Source: a virus
Taxonomy: Duplodnaviria; Caudoviricetes
Length of the DNA stretch: 26,548 nucleotides
Reading direction: 5' to 3' (one strand)
IMG/VR virus record: IMGVR_UViG_3300042195_000197
Location: 1-26,548 of that record
Positions within the stretch are counted from its first letter, which is position 1, and every line of letters begins with the position of its first letter. The position numbers and the translations under genes were made by a program. The notes beneath the pieces were generated by a model. That model worked only from the letters and a program-made list of their open reading frames with translations. It was not told the DNA's origin and ran no database searches. Positions 25,593 through 26,548 of the stretch are shown in pieces.

Positions 25593-26039
25593 ATGGAAGG
25601 CACCACCAGCAAGCCACGAGCGGTAGCCACACGACCGGTCGTGCTCGACGACCCCGACCCCGGGCGGACCGCACCTGACGAACCGCAGCGCACCGACATC
25701 GTCATCACGGGCCACGCCCGGGACCTCACCGCCACCGCCGTCGACCTGACGAGCGAGGCGGTCCCGGCCAACGAGGACATCGTGGCGCTCCGGCTGCAGC
25801 GCGACAGCACCCGCATCACCATTCTCGGCTCCCTCGCCGAGCTGGACGACCTCGTGGCCGAGATCACTGCCGAGGTCGACCGCATCCACCGCCAGCGCGC
25901 CGACGCAGCCGACAGCAGCGAACCGGCGCTGCTCGCTCAGCTCGAAGCCAGCGTGGCCGCACGAGCGAAGGCACGGCCCGGTGAGCCGGTCAACACCCTG
26001 GCGTCGCTTCTGCCGCCATCGGGACCGGAGGCGGCGTGA
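25593..26039 (+). CDS. Hypothetical early phage protein
   Basis: AAGGGGGAA RBS, ATG 25593; normal codon bias; coupled to the next gene. Confidence 0.68.
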   Translation: MEGTTSKPRAVATRPVVLDDPDPGRTAPDEPQRTDIVITGHARDLTATAVDLTSEAVPANEDIVALRLQRDSTRITILGSLAELDDLVAEITAEVDRIHRQRADAADSSEPALLAQLEASVAARAKARPGEPVNTLASLLPPSGPEAA

Positions 26040-26209
26040 TGGCCACTCTCGCCGTGGTGCTCATCGCCTTGTTCGCCGCCGACGCCGCCATATCCGCCGT
26101 GTACGCCGCCAGGGGCGGTGAGCGCCCCCCGATCACGCCTGGCGTGGCACTGGTCGATCTGGTGGCCAACATTGCCCTGATCGCGTGGATCGCGGCGGTG
26201 ATGCTGTGA
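26039..26209 (+). CDS. Small two-TM membrane protein (56 aa; absent from the ORF track)
   Basis: MATLAVVLIALFAADAAISAVYAARGGERPPITPGVALVDLVANIALIAWIAAVML; stop-start overlaps on both sides. Confidence 0.7.
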   Translation: MATLAVVLIALFAADAAISAVYAARGGERPPITPGVALVDLVANIALIAWIAAVML

Positions 26210-26548
26210 GGGAGCTGACGATCAAGGTGAGCCCCGAGGAGGTGGCGCACCTCGCCAACCGGCACGCCTTCATCGCCCACTACGACGAGATCCTCGACGC
26301 CAGCCACGGGTCCCGGTTGCTGAACAAGCTCGCCGCCGCAGCCCAGGCGGACCAGGCCTTCCTCGCGGCGCATGTCGCCGCCGCGAGCGGAGAAGCGGCC
26401 GGCACGGTCGTTCCCCCTTCCGTGCCGGCCGCCGGGCCCCCACCCTCCCGGGGCTCGCAGCGCCACGCCGGGGAGGCACGCTCCCTCCCCGGTGTCGGCC
26501 ACCAGTCCTCTGTGGACCGCGTTCCGCGGGTCGGGGATTGTCAGAGTC
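26206..26548 (+). CDS. Hypothetical protein, runs off the window end
   Basis: GTG 26206 overlaps the upstream TGA; MRELTIKVSPEEVAHLANRHAFIAHYDEILD... with no stop before the window end. The distal part overlaps a hairpin array. Confidence 0.55.
   Translation, partial: MRELTIKVSPEEVAHLANRHAFIAHYDEILDASHGSRLLNKLAAAAQADQAFLAAHVAAASGEAAGTVVPPSVPAAGPPPSRGSQRHAGEARSLPGVGHQSSVDRVPRVGDCQS

Larger units (their letters stand above)
1..26548 (+). mobile_element. Siphovirus-like phage/prophage segment (packaging, head, tail, lysis modules and start of early region), probably actinobacterial host
   Basis: Canonical gene order terminase-portal-protease-capsid-neck-tail tube-chaperones-tape measure-baseplate-fibres-holin; very high GC; frequent ATGA/GTGA stop-start overlaps. 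No integrase or att site is in the window, so phage versus prophage cannot be decided. Confidence 0.96.

Noticed and set aside
1-26548. CRISPR array, tRNA, integrase or att site
   Set aside because: No regularly spaced repeat-spacer units, cloverleaf or recombinase motifs were seen; the longer direct repeats are all in-frame coding repeats.

Overview
A very GC-rich segment of a long-tailed (siphovirus-like) phage or prophage, most likely infecting an actinobacterium. About 24.4 kb is one tightly coupled + strand virion operon. It runs terminase small and large subunits, a small Sm-like gene, HK97 portal, ClpP-type prohead protease and HK97 capsid, then a four-gene glycosyltransferase/methyltransferase cassette. 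Next come the head-tail adaptor, a collar adaptor and a fibre fused to a tail-terminator-like domain, tail tube, HK97 gp10-like protein, two tail chaperones, tape measure, Dit, hub, several fibre/adaptor genes and three lysis-type membrane genes, with no endolysin visible. A 17-bp hairpin separates the operon from a convergent lipoprotein gene. A symmetric divergent promoter region and the start of an early region (HTH protein, hairpin-rich segments) follow. The best candidate system is virion glycosylation plus glycan methylation: the cassette sits directly behind the capsid gene, and capsid and tail tube both end in D-G-[G/S]-S, a likely O-glycan acceptor. All family assignments come from motif recognition and synteny; no database search was run.
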